64,000 nt of DNA from an uncultured virus (IMG/VR IMGVR_UViG_3300010348_001764) (Duplodnaviria; Heunggongvirae; Uroviricota; Caudoviricetes): IMG/VR virus record IMGVR_UViG_3300010348_001764. One strand, 5' to 3'. Made by a program: the position numbers and the translations under genes. The notes under the pieces are model-generated. The model made no database searches. It saw only the letters and a list, made by a program, of their open reading frames with translations, and was not told where the DNA came from. The stretch's first letter is position 1. Each line of letters starts with the position of its first letter. This document shows positions 9,424 through 17,885 of the stretch, one piece after another.

Positions 9424-9926
9424 GCGACAAGAGCAAGGGCCGCATCGGCTTCACCTGCTCGACCTTCGACCTCTTCCACGCAGGACACATCCTGATGCTG
9501 GAGGAGGCGAAGCGCCAGTGCGACTACCTCATCGTCGGCCTGCAGACCGACCCAACGATCGACCGCCCGTTCAAGAACAAGCCGGTCCAGTCGGTCTTCG
9601 AGCGCTACACGCAGGTGAAGTCGTGTCGGTTCGTGGACGAGATCGTCGTCTACGCCACCGAGGCGGAGCTGCGCGACGTTCTGCTCGCGTACCCGATCGA
9701 CGTGCGCATTCTCGGTGAGGAGTACCAGGGCAAGGACTTCACCGGTCACGACATCGACAGCATGGAGTTCTACTTCAACCGTCGGCGCCACTCCTTCTCA
9801 TCGAGCAGCCTGCGTGATCGCGTGTACCAGATGGAGCTGGCAAAGAGCCGCCCCGTCCAGATCACCGAGCCTGGCGACGGCGGCCACGACTGCCCTGTCT
9901 GCAACGCCACTGGTCGCCTGACCTAA
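9420..9926 (+). CDS. Glycerol-3-phosphate cytidylyltransferase-like (TagD family)
   Basis: FDLFHAGH (HxGH), LIVGLQTD, ERY..V.SCRFVDEI, RRHSFSSSSLR; extra C-terminal CPVC motif. Confidence 0.85.
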   Translation: MSDKSKGRIGFTCSTFDLFHAGHILMLEEAKRQCDYLIVGLQTDPTIDRPFKNKPVQSVFERYTQVKSCRFVDEIVVYATEAELRDVLLAYPIDVRILGEEYQGKDFTGHDIDSMEFYFNRRRHSFSSSSLRDRVYQMELAKSRPVQITEPGDGGHDCPVCNATGRLT

Positions 9927-9943
9927 ACCACCTGGTGACATGT

Positions 9944-9972
9944 AACCCCTCAACCTGCGTTGAGGGGTTTAC
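9944..9972 (+). terminator. Hairpin after the sugar operon, overlapping a -35-like GTTTAC
   Basis: 11-bp inverted repeat aacccctcaac/gttgaggggtt. Confidence 0.55.
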
Positions 9973-9996
9973 TCCTGCGCGTCCCTAGGCTACAAT
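9967..9996 (+). promoter_or_regulatory. Early sigma70-type promoter GTTTAC-N18-TACAAT
   Basis: Matches T4-like early promoter consensus; intergenic, upstream of 10054. Confidence 0.6.
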
Positions 9997-10053
9997 GGCA
10001 TACGAGCGCGCCGCTGCGCGCTATCTTCGTACTAATGCCTGATTGGAGCGCGC

Positions 10054-10572
10054 ATGTCATCTTCTCGTGAGTACCGCCTCTACACGTTCGTCGCCGGTCT
10101 GTACCTGAACCACCTGCAGAAGGGGTTGCAGACTGCCCACGTCGTGAGCGAGCTGTCCCAGTTCAAGATCAACACGATGGAGCGCGTGGCCTTCGATGCC
10201 TGGGCCATGTTCGACAAGACGATCATCATCTGCGACGCCGGCAACCACAAGGGCGTGGTCGACTGCTGGGCGGAGCTGTCCCGCATCAACTCAGCGCTGA
10301 ACCTGCCGGCGGCCATCTTCTACGAGGACGAGCAGTCGATGAACGGCATGGCCACGGCCTGCGGTGTCATCGTCCCGCGCGAGTACTGGGACGTGAAGTT
10401 CGTGGACAACTTCGTGCCACCGGGCGAGTACGGCGTGGAAGCCCGGCCTGCCTACTGGGTGCACACCTACGAGGGCGCCTCAGGTGCGATGCGCGAGTGC
10501 CGCTACGACGTCACCCACCCTGAGGGCCAGTTCTGCTCGCACATCAAGCAGTACCGCCTGACCTCCGCGTAA
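10054..10572 (+). CDS. Peptidyl-tRNA hydrolase Pth2-like protein
   Basis: LY.FV...L...QKGLQTAH, W...DKTIII, IFYED, TACG follow the Pth2 fold pattern. Confidence 0.55.
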   Translation: MSSSREYRLYTFVAGLYLNHLQKGLQTAHVVSELSQFKINTMERVAFDAWAMFDKTIIICDAGNHKGVVDCWAELSRINSALNLPAAIFYEDEQSMNGMATACGVIVPREYWDVKFVDNFVPPGEYGVEARPAYWVHTYEGASGAMRECRYDVTHPEGQFCSHIKQYRLTSA

Positions 10573-10638
10573 CATTTCACCTGGTGGTACAGGCTGTTAC
10601 ATCTTCGCTGTGTACATCCTGGCCCACCTGTGTAGAAT
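10569..10638 (+). promoter_or_regulatory. Early promoter GTAAC-N22-GTTACA-N8-GTGTAC-N17-TAGAAT
   Basis: Read directly; same architecture as the promoters at 37492, 46148, 46774 and 59903. Confidence 0.75.
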
Positions 10639-10644
10639 GCCAAC

Positions 10645-10872
10645 ATGCGCAACAAAAACCCTCCTCCCCGTCGGTGCTGGCTTTCCACCTTCTGGAAGAA
10701 CTCGCAGGCTGAAGACACCGCGTACTACGAGTTGGCTCACCGCGCGATGGACGCCATGGTGAAGGGTGGCATGACGGAAGAAGAAGCGCGCTCGCACGTT
10801 CAGCTGCTGTGGTCTGGCGGCTACGAGAACGGCGCGTGGGAAGAAGCGTACAACCTCAACGAAAACAGCTGA
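10645..10872 (+). CDS. Hypothetical early protein
   Basis: ATG 6 nt after the -10 box (probably leaderless). Confidence 0.55.
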   Translation: MRNKNPPPRRCWLSTFWKNSQAEDTAYYELAHRAMDAMVKGGMTEEEARSHVQLLWSGGYENGAWEEAYNLNENS

Positions 10873-10882
10873 AGGAAACACC

Positions 10883-11407
10883 ATGCAATTCGGTTCGCAA
10901 CACCTGTTCCCGCTGGAACGCGTCGAGACCCTGATGAAGGGCTACTACATGGATGGCAAGGGCGAGGTCTACTCGACCAAGCGCTCGGGCACGCCGCAGC
11001 GCATGCATGGCTCGGCGACCACGTCGGGCACGTACCTGACGCTGAACGGCCGCTCGTTCAGCAAGACGCAGCTGCAGCGCCAGGCCATGGCCCACCCGTA
11101 CTTCAAGATGGAAACGTCGGTCGCCCCGTACGTTGCAGCCACGCCGGCTGCTCCGGCTGCGGTGACGCAGCGCTCGCACGCCTCGACGCTGGCGGACGGC
11201 ATCCGTGCCCGCGGCTGGGTGATCGCGAAGGTCGCGGTGGTGCAGGGCGAGGAAGCGCTGCTGTTCGGCTCGAAGCCGGCCGTGCACACCACGCAGGCCT
11301 CGGTGGACGCCGAGCTGACGCGCCTGGCCACGCTGAACCCGGGCACGAAGTACGTCAAGCTGAAGATCGACGGCGGCCTGCTGCTCGGCGGCCTGACGCG
11401 CCTGTGA
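10883..11407 (+). CDS. Hypothetical protein with a NUMOD4-like N-terminus
   Basis: RBS aagga; GYYMDGKGEVYS resembles NUMOD4 motifs. Confidence 0.6.
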   Translation: MQFGSQHLFPLERVETLMKGYYMDGKGEVYSTKRSGTPQRMHGSATTSGTYLTLNGRSFSKTQLQRQAMAHPYFKMETSVAPYVAATPAAPAAVTQRSHASTLADGIRARGWVIAKVAVVQGEEALLFGSKPAVHTTQASVDAELTRLATLNPGTKYVKLKIDGGLLLGGLTRL

Positions 11408-11634
11408 TGAGCTACCCTCGCCTGCACACCGAGGCGTACTCGTTCTCGATCGAGCACGGCGAGGGAACCACCATCACCCTCACTCAGACTGCCACGGGGA
11501 AGACGAAGGTCTTCTTCCTGGCAGGTGTTCGGCCAGTCGAGCCGCTGACGGACCACCTGAACTCGCTCACCGACGACCTCTGCTCGCAGTGGTTCAACGA
11601 GCGAGAACGCAAGCCCAAGAAGGAGAAGCAGTGA
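11407..11634 (+). CDS. Hypothetical protein
   Basis: Coupled ORF with typical codon usage. Confidence 0.6.
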   Translation: MSYPRLHTEAYSFSIEHGEGTTITLTQTATGKTKVFFLAGVRPVEPLTDHLNSLTDDLCSQWFNERERKPKKEKQ

Positions 11635-11816
11635 ACGCGTTCATTTTGACGATGGTCATCACGCTGTCCACCACGACGCAGAACCGCGCGATGGTCTCCA
11701 TCGTGACCGAGTACGGCACGCAGAAGGCCTGCGAGGAAGCGAAGGAGCTGAACCGTGCTGCTCTGGCCGACGGTCGCATCATCCTTGCCACCTGCACGCG
11801 CAAGGTGATCATGTAG
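11631..11816 (+). CDS. Small protein with hydrophobic N-terminus
   Basis: GTG start overlapping the upstream TGA, RBS aggag. Confidence 0.55.
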   Translation: MNAFILTMVITLSTTTQNRAMVSIVTEYGTQKACEEAKELNRAALADGRIILATCTRKVIM

Positions 11817-12492
11817 ATCTTGCTGCTATAGTGGCAGCAAATTTTGCTCGCCTCTCAGGTGTCCAAGTGGGCCGCTTCTTACCAATCTGCGCTTCGCTGA
11901 TCTTCTTGCGATGCTGCTCTGACTTGGGCTTTCCTGCATGCACCGCGCTGATCTTTGCCTTCGTCTCGTCAGTGTGAACACCCCATGATCCCCTCTTTTG
12001 GCCCCGCTGGGCATCGGCATGCTTCTTCACCGCAGCAGGATCCTTCTTGATACCTCGCAATGCTGAAGCCCTCTTCTCGTTGGCCTCAGGCGTCTGTTTC
12101 CTTGTTGCAGGATCCCGCCTCTTCGCGGCCTCACTGATCTTGCGACGGTGCTCGTCACTGAACTTCGCTGTTTTCCAGAAGCGACTTGCGTCATAGCGGC
12201 GATTGGTTACATGTGCTCGGCCTAGTCTCTTGTTTGTGTTCCTGATCATGAGGTTCAGGGCGGCGATCATCTTGCCTCGTGCCACGCCTGAATGCATCTT
12301 CACGAGCAGCAGGTGCAGCAGGAAGTGCTCTCGAGGTGTTACACTCACGAGGTTCTCAGCAGCGTTTGTTCCTCCAAGGGAGGCAGGGATAATGTGGTGC
12401 TTCTCCAACCTACCCGTGTAACTGTCACCGTTTGTTACATACCGAGCACGGGCTTGTGATACAATAGCATCATAGCATCTGTGGTAGTTCAT
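11809..12492 (-). mobile_element. Free-standing HNH homing endonuclease with NUMOD3-like repeats (copy 1)
   Basis: EKHHIIPASLGGTN..NLV.VTPREHFLLHLLL, repeats SEQHRKKISEA; RBS GGAGG; antisense; more A/T-rich than its neighbours. Confidence 0.88.
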
Positions 12493-12520
12493 CTCTGCTA
12501 CACCTCCGATAACTTACGGA

Positions 12521-12526
12521 TATTTA
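12521..12526 (-). promoter_or_regulatory. Late promoter TAAATA for HNH copy 1
   Basis: TATTTA on the + strand, 1 nt before the topoisomerase ATG. Confidence 0.65.
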
Positions 12527-12527
12527 C

Positions 12528-14516
12528 ATGGCAAAAACGATCGAACAGCGTTTCGTGAAGTTGAGTGAGGTAGATCATGTCCTCCTCCGCCCCGGTCGCT
12601 ACATCGGTTCCATCAAGCCCCACACCGCCGTCGAGTTCGTGCCGAACGTCAAGTCCGCCACGGACGTGTCGATGGTCAAGGGCCAGTACACGTACAACCC
12701 CGGCTTCCTCAAGCTCTTCGACGAGGTCATCAGCAACTCGGCTGACCACTCGAAGCGGCCCGAAGGCAAGCACCTCGACACCATCCGCGTCGAGGTGGAC
12801 CAGGCCAAGGGCGAGATCACGGTCTACGACAACGGCGGCATCCCCGTCGTGAAGCACAAGGAGTACGACCAGTGGGTGCCGGAGATGATCTTCGAGCTCC
12901 GCGCTGGCACGAACTTCGACGACAGCGAGGAGCAGACCCTCACCGGCCAGAACGGTGAAGGTGCCGCGCTCACCTGCATCTTCTCGACCAAGTTCCGCGT
13001 CGAGACCTGCGACGGCAAGAACCGCTTCCTGATGACGTTCAGCGAGAACTCGCAGCACCGTCCCGCAGCGAAGGTCGAGCCGGCCAAGGGCGACAAGGGC
13101 TACACCCGCATCACGTACATTCCCGACTTCGAGAAGCTGGGCATGTCCGGCATCGACGGCGACAACATGAACATGCTGCTCGCTCGGGTCTACGAGGTGG
13201 CAGCCACCAACACGCACCTCAAGGTCTACTTCAACGGCACCCGCGTGATGACGCGGTCGTTCAAGGACTACATCGAGATGTTCACCGGCCCGAACGGTGA
13301 GTACGTCTTCGACGACGGCGACAGCTTCAAGGTCGGCGTGGCCAAGTCCGACGACGGCTTCATCCACACCAGCTTCGTGAACACGAGCCGCACCAAGACC
13401 GGTGGTTCGCACATCACCTACGTGGTGAACCAGATCGTCGACGCGGTTCGCGAGCACATCAAGAAGAAGCACAAGGTCGAGGTCAAGCCAGCCGACGTTC
13501 GCAACCACATGCACCTCTTCGTGGACGCGACGATCGTCAACCCGCGCTACTCGAGCCAGACCAAGGACGAGCTCATCACCGAGCCCAGCGCCTTCGGCCG
13601 CACCTGGACGGTGCCTGAGAAGTTCATCGCCAAGCTGCTCAAGACCGAGATCGTCAAGGCGATCCTCGACTGGGTCGCTGCGAAGGAGCAGGCCGCGCTG
13701 ATGGCCGACCTCCGCAAGGCGAACAAGGACGTCGTGCAGACGAACTACCGTCGCGTGGACAAGTTCGCCGACGCTCTCGAGAAGCACAAGCGCCATGAGT
13801 GCATCCTCTTCCTCGCCGAGGGTGACTCCGCTGCCAAGTCCCTCTTCGCGGCCCGCGGCAAGAACCCGCTCATCGGCACCTTCCCGCTGAAGGGCAAGCC
13901 GCTGAACGTTCGCGAGAAGGACATCGCTCGAGTGCTCGGTCTGGACAAGAAGAAGGAGCGCGAGAAGGAAGGCAAGAAGACGGAGCCGAACGAGATCCAG
14001 AAGATCCTCACGATCCTGGGCCTGCAGATCGGCGTGCCGGTCAAGTCCCTCCACGACCTCAACTTCGGCAAGGTCGCCTTCGCGAACGACGCCGACGTGG
14101 ACGGCTCGCACATCGCCGGCCTGCTCATGAACCTCTTCGACACCTTCTGGCCGGAGCTGTTCAAGATGGGCTTCGTCCACATCCTCCGCACGCCGACCGT
14201 GAAGGTCTACCTCAAGGACAAGACCGTCCTCGAGTTCTTCACCGAGCGCGAGTTCAAGGAATGGGCCAAGTCCGAAGGTGCTCGCACCAAGGGCTGGAGC
14301 CACCGCTACTTCAAGGGCCTCGGCACTACCAAGACCCCCGACTTCGTGCCGTACATGGAGAACCTGGACAAGTACCTGTTCCAGGTGACCGTTGACGGTG
14401 ACGAGGACAAGCAGGCCATCGACCTCGCCTTCAACGGTGAACGCGCCGACGACCGCAAGAAGTGGCTGGAGACGCCGGCCGGCAACTTCGAGGACTTCAT
14501 CGCCGAGGCGGTGTAA
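12528..14516 (+). CDS. DNA topoisomerase II large (ATPase + TOPRIM) subunit, uninterrupted T4 gp39+gp60 equivalent
   Basis: HVLLRPGRYIGS, EVISNSAD, DNGGIP, GQNGEGA, EGDSA, PLKGK, DADVDGSHI, YFKGLGT. Confidence 0.95.
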   Translation: MAKTIEQRFVKLSEVDHVLLRPGRYIGSIKPHTAVEFVPNVKSATDVSMVKGQYTYNPGFLKLFDEVISNSADHSKRPEGKHLDTIRVEVDQAKGEITVYDNGGIPVVKHKEYDQWVPEMIFELRAGTNFDDSEEQTLTGQNGEGAALTCIFSTKFRVETCDGKNRFLMTFSENSQHRPAAKVEPAKGDKGYTRITYIPDFEKLGMSGIDGDNMNMLLARVYEVAATNTHLKVYFNGTRVMTRSFKDYIEMFTGPNGEYVFDDGDSFKVGVAKSDDGFIHTSFVNTSRTKTGGSHITYVVNQIVDAVREHIKKKHKVEVKPADVRNHMHLFVDATIVNPRYSSQTKDELITEPSAFGRTWTVPEKFIAKLLKTEIVKAILDWVAAKEQAALMADLRKANKDVVQTNYRRVDKFADALEKHKRHECILFLAEGDSAAKSLFAARGKNPLIGTFPLKGKPLNVREKDIARVLGLDKKKEREKEGKKTEPNEIQKILTILGLQIGVPVKSLHDLNFGKVAFANDADVDGSHIAGLLMNLFDTFWPELFKMGFVHILRTPTVKVYLKDKTVLEFFTEREFKEWAKSEGARTKGWSHRYFKGLGTTKTPDFVPYMENLDKYLFQVTVDGDEDKQAIDLAFNGERADDRKKWLETPAGNFEDFIAEAV

Positions 14517-14538
14517 GCCACAACCAAGAGAGGAACAC

Positions 14539-14874
14539 ATGGTCGAACTCGATCCTAACAAGGACACTGGGCTTCAGCTGGCTCAACAGGCACTCAAGTC
14601 CGCCGAGCTACAGCTTCACGAGGCTAAGGATCAATTGGAGAAGGCGTTTAAGGCGCTCGATCTGGCTCAAGGCCGCGTGTACTACGAGACGTTCAAGCCA
14701 AAGCGGCACGAGGTCCTCAACCCGACCACGCAGCAGACGGCGGACCACCTCTACACGCTGTGCATGCAGCTGGGCTACCGCTTCGCGGTGCTCAACGACA
14801 CGGTGCACTTCGCTGGCCGGCCGGGCGAGCAGCTCGTCAACACCGGCAAGAAGCTCTCCGAGCTGCCTGCATGA
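14539..14874 (+). CDS. Hypothetical protein
   Basis: RBS gagga; lies between the topoisomerase subunits. Confidence 0.6.
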   Translation: MVELDPNKDTGLQLAQQALKSAELQLHEAKDQLEKAFKALDLAQGRVYYETFKPKRHEVLNPTTQQTADHLYTLCMQLGYRFAVLNDTVHFAGRPGEQLVNTGKKLSELPA

Positions 14875-15095
14875 GCAACGTCAACCCCGATGACTTCTTC
14901 CTCCTCGCGAGCTCTGAGGAGCGGGCAGTCATCGAGTGGCTCAAGTCCCGGAAGGTGCAGCGCCTCGTCAAGAAGGGTGCTGACTTCGCCATCGTCTTCA
15001 GCCGGAAGTCCGGCATCGGCGTGACTGTGACCGCCACCGTGAAGCTCGGAGACGAGATCCTCTCCGAGGATGTAACGAGCTACGAGAGCTGGTAA
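14871..15095 (+). CDS. Hypothetical protein
   Basis: ATGA-coupled ORF. Confidence 0.6.
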   Translation: MSNVNPDDFFLLASSEERAVIEWLKSRKVQRLVKKGADFAIVFSRKSGIGVTVTATVKLGDEILSEDVTSYESW

Positions 15096-15139
15096 CAGCC
15101 CGCTCATGTTACACACTTCCGCTCAGGATGTGATACAAT
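15092..15139 (+). promoter_or_regulatory. Promoter variant GTAAC-N11-GTTACA ... TGATACAAT (extended -10) upstream of the topo II breakage-reunion subunit
   Basis: Read directly from the sequence. Confidence 0.6.
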
Positions 15140-15145
15140 AGCCAC

Positions 15146-16513
15146 ATGAAGAAACCTACCGCCCCTGCAGTCTCTGGTCCCGTGAACGCCCGCCGCATTC
15201 CCATGCGGTACTTCTTCGACACGGCGTTCAAGGAGTTCTCGCTGTACGACAACGTACGGTCGATCCCGAAGCTGACCGACGGCCTCAAGCCCGCGCACCG
15301 CAAGGCCATCTACGGCACGCTGACCCGCGGCGAGAACGCCGGCCTGATCCAGGTGGAGCGCCTCGCCTCAGTCGTCGCTGCCGCCACCGACTACCACCAC
15401 GGCACCGGCTCCATGGCCTCGACGATCGTCGGCATGGCCAACAACTACCCCGGCTCCAACAACCTCAACCTCTTCGTGCCGGAAGGCCAGTTCGGTTCGC
15501 GCCTGACGGCGGAGTCCGCTGCCCATCGCTACATCGAGACGAAGCTCTCGCCCTGGTTCCGCGCCCTCTTCCCGAAGGCCGACGACGCCGTCCTCGAGTA
15601 CAACGAGGTGGATGGCGACCGCATCGAGCCGAAGACCTACGCCCCGCTGCTGCCGCTGGTTCTCGTGAACGGCGCGCAGGGCACCGGCACCGGCCACGCG
15701 TGCCTGATCATGAGCTACAACCCTGACGAGGTCCGCGAGGCCTGCCTTCAGGTGCTCAACGGCAAGAAGCTCAAGGACGGCGGTCTGACGCCGTGGTTCA
15801 ACGGCTTCAGCGGCACCGTCGTGCGCAACTCCGAGACCGGCCAGGTCGTGATCACGGGCAAGCTCGAGGTGGTCAACAGTACCACCATCAAGATCACCGA
15901 GCTGCCGATCGGCACCTACCTCGACCAGTACAAGGCCCGCCTCAACAAGCTCGAGGACGACGGCTTCATCAAGGACTACGAGGACCGCTCTACCGAGGCC
16001 GGCTTCGACTTCACCATCACGGCACCGCGCTCGACGACGGCTCTCTCCGAGGAGGAGCTCTACAAGAAGTTCGGTCTGATCTCGCGCGACACTGAGAACT
16101 ACACCGTGTGGAACATCGAGGGCGTTCTCCAGCGGTTCGAGTCCGCCGAGGACCTCATTCGCGCCTTCGTGCCGTGGCGGACGGCCATGATGGAGAAGCG
16201 CCGGCAGCACATCATCGCCGACCTCAAGGAGCAGGTTCGCTTCCAGTCCGAGGTGGTGCGCTTCATCAAGTTCTACCTGTCCAACGTCAACACGTTCAAG
16301 AACACCGGCAAGAAGGAGCTCGTAGAGCTGCTGCTCGCCAACAAGTTCGTGGACTACGAGCGCCTCCTCTCGATGGCCATCTGGTCGCTGACGAAGGACC
16401 GCATCGCTGAGCTGGAGAAGAAGCTGGCCGAGCTCAAGTCCGAGCTGGCCAAGGTCGAGGCCGACAACGCCGTCGACATGTACAAGCGCGAGCTCAAGGC
16501 GCTGGAGGTCTGA
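15146..16513 (+). CDS. DNA topoisomerase II breakage-reunion subunit (T4 gp52-like)
   Basis: RSIP...DGLKPAHRK, YHHG, GQFGSR, AAHRY (catalytic Tyr), ITELP. Confidence 0.95.
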   Translation: MKKPTAPAVSGPVNARRIPMRYFFDTAFKEFSLYDNVRSIPKLTDGLKPAHRKAIYGTLTRGENAGLIQVERLASVVAAATDYHHGTGSMASTIVGMANNYPGSNNLNLFVPEGQFGSRLTAESAAHRYIETKLSPWFRALFPKADDAVLEYNEVDGDRIEPKTYAPLLPLVLVNGAQGTGTGHACLIMSYNPDEVREACLQVLNGKKLKDGGLTPWFNGFSGTVVRNSETGQVVITGKLEVVNSTTIKITELPIGTYLDQYKARLNKLEDDGFIKDYEDRSTEAGFDFTITAPRSTTALSEEELYKKFGLISRDTENYTVWNIEGVLQRFESAEDLIRAFVPWRTAMMEKRRQHIIADLKEQVRFQSEVVRFIKFYLSNVNTFKNTGKKELVELLLANKFVDYERLLSMAIWSLTKDRIAELEKKLAELKSELAKVEADNAVDMYKRELKALEV

Positions 16514-16514
16514 A

Positions 16515-16814
16515 GTGGCAGAGGGGCCGATGACCTACCCGAAGCGGTGGTATTTCTACAACCGCCGGGTCTTCTTCACGTATCGCTACAACTACGAAGT
16601 CTACGACAACTCGTACCTTGGTGGTCTGTGGCACTGCATGGAGCAGTGGGCCATCTCCTTCGGCTTCAAGGTCAAGACGGGCAAGTGGTTCTGCAACGAG
16701 ACGTGGTACTACGACGGCCACACCTACCGCGAGATCACCTTCGCTGGTCTGACGTTCGGCAAGATGTTCACCTACGACGCGCGCCCGTACGACGGGCACC
16801 CAGTTCTGCCATGA
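16515..16814 (+). CDS. Aromatic-rich hypothetical protein
   Basis: ORF fills the gap after the topoisomerase gene; Tyr/Trp/Phe-rich. Confidence 0.55.
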   Translation: MAEGPMTYPKRWYFYNRRVFFTYRYNYEVYDNSYLGGLWHCMEQWAISFGFKVKTGKWFCNETWYYDGHTYREITFAGLTFGKMFTYDARPYDGHPVLP

Positions 16815-16848
16815 GCGCGAAGTCCGCCCACTGGACGCCGTCCCTCGC

Positions 16849-17292
16849 ATGAGCCCGCTCTACACCTCCAAGGTTCTCGGCCTGACGCTGGCTCTGGACG
16901 CGCTGACGTCAGTCAGCAAGCCGCTCTTCCTCACCGGCAACTGGGAGGTTGAGGACACGGACGAACCGCAGGACAGGTTCCTTGGTGTGTGCTTCTTCTA
17001 CACGCTCGCTGGCCAGCAGCACCGCTACCACCGCCTTCTGCGCTACGGCCCTACGCGTGCCGTAGGAGAAGCACCTGATCCTCTGCTCAGCATCGGTGAA
17101 GAGGTCTACCGGCAGAAGGTCATCAACAGCGAGTTTCGCAGCACCGACGTGGTGTTCGTGATGCAGGGAGGTCGTCCTGCTGCGCTCGTAAACCTGCAGC
17201 GTGACATCGACCAACTCGTGGCTGCCTGGCAGGCATGGAAGGTGATACAATACAACCTGGAGACCAAGCAGGAGCCGGTCTCCAGCTCCTAA
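16849..17292 (+). CDS. Hypothetical protein
   Basis: ORF in operon orientation. Confidence 0.55.
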   Translation: MSPLYTSKVLGLTLALDALTSVSKPLFLTGNWEVEDTDEPQDRFLGVCFFYTLAGQQHRYHRLLRYGPTRAVGEAPDPLLSIGEEVYRQKVINSEFRSTDVVFVMQGGRPAALVNLQRDIDQLVAAWQAWKVIQYNLETKQEPVSSS

Positions 17293-17384
17293 CCACGGAT
17301 GGTCCGTGGATCTAACCTCGTGAGAGGCTGACGCATTGTGCAGGCGACCGAAGGCTGCTAACCTAGAACCGCAGCAACAGAAAG
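17257..17384 (+). ncRNA. Candidate structured leader or ncRNA
   Basis: Follows TGATACAAT (TACAAT at 17246-17251); three to four consecutive hairpins and a possible pseudoknot. Confidence 0.35.
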
Positions 17385-17885
17385 ATGAACATGCGCGTTC
17401 AACTCCTTGATACCACTCCCTTCTGGACCGGCGCACTGGCCGAGAAAACGCAGGGCCTCGCGGCCAAGCACATGTCCACCGTCGTCACCGACGACAGCTT
17501 CCTGGACAAGCTGCTTCTCGAGACGCTCGAGGGTGTCGGCCCCACCAGGCTGGACGCGATGATCTGTCTCGGCGCCCTCGGCGACGTGTGGCTGCAGGAC
17601 CCCGCCAAGCTGCTGAAGAAGTACGACCTCAAGAGCGTCGACGCTCAGGGCTGGATGCAGTTTACACCGAAGCCCGAGAACCAGGTCGAGTTCTTTGAGA
17701 TCACCGACGCGCACGTTGCCGGCGGCGCCAACTTTCTCCAGGGAACCTGGGGCAAGGAGATCGACGGCATCAAGAACCTGCAGGCCTTCAAGGTCGGTGA
17801 CTTCGTGGCCCGCCAGACCTACGATCACTCGGACCAGTGGGTCGTGGCCCGCAAGATCTGGCTCAACAGCTACACGGCAAAGTGA
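17385..17885 (+). CDS. Hypothetical protein with a PGDYG-like C-terminal motif
   Basis: VGDFVARQ...DQWVVARKIWLNSY. Confidence 0.65.
   Translation: MNMRVQLLDTTPFWTGALAEKTQGLAAKHMSTVVTDDSFLDKLLLETLEGVGPTRLDAMICLGALGDVWLQDPAKLLKKYDLKSVDAQGWMQFTPKPENQVEFFEITDAHVAGGANFLQGTWGKEIDGIKNLQAFKVGDFVARQTYDHSDQWVVARKIWLNSYTAK

Noticed and set aside
5145..9926. Bacterial O-antigen/capsule locus or host contamination
   Set aside because: There are no flippase, polymerase or chain-length genes; the genes are interleaved with nucleotide kinases and phage ORFs and share the phage codon style. Virion or surface glycosylation remains a possible alternative function.
12498..14567. 689-aa minus-strand ORF opposite topoisomerase (similar cases: 52206..54941 +, 46212..48023 -, 37355..38902 -, 27581..28912 -)
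   Set aside because: These are antisense shadows of real genes, caused by strong G/C third-position bias; they have no motifs, RBS or promoter.
17257..17384. Hammerhead or HDV-like ribozyme
   Set aside because: The hammerhead core CUGANGA/GAAA is not intact (ctgacgc), and the first stem's loop is too short to hold the nested HDV helices. Kept only as a generic structured RNA candidate.
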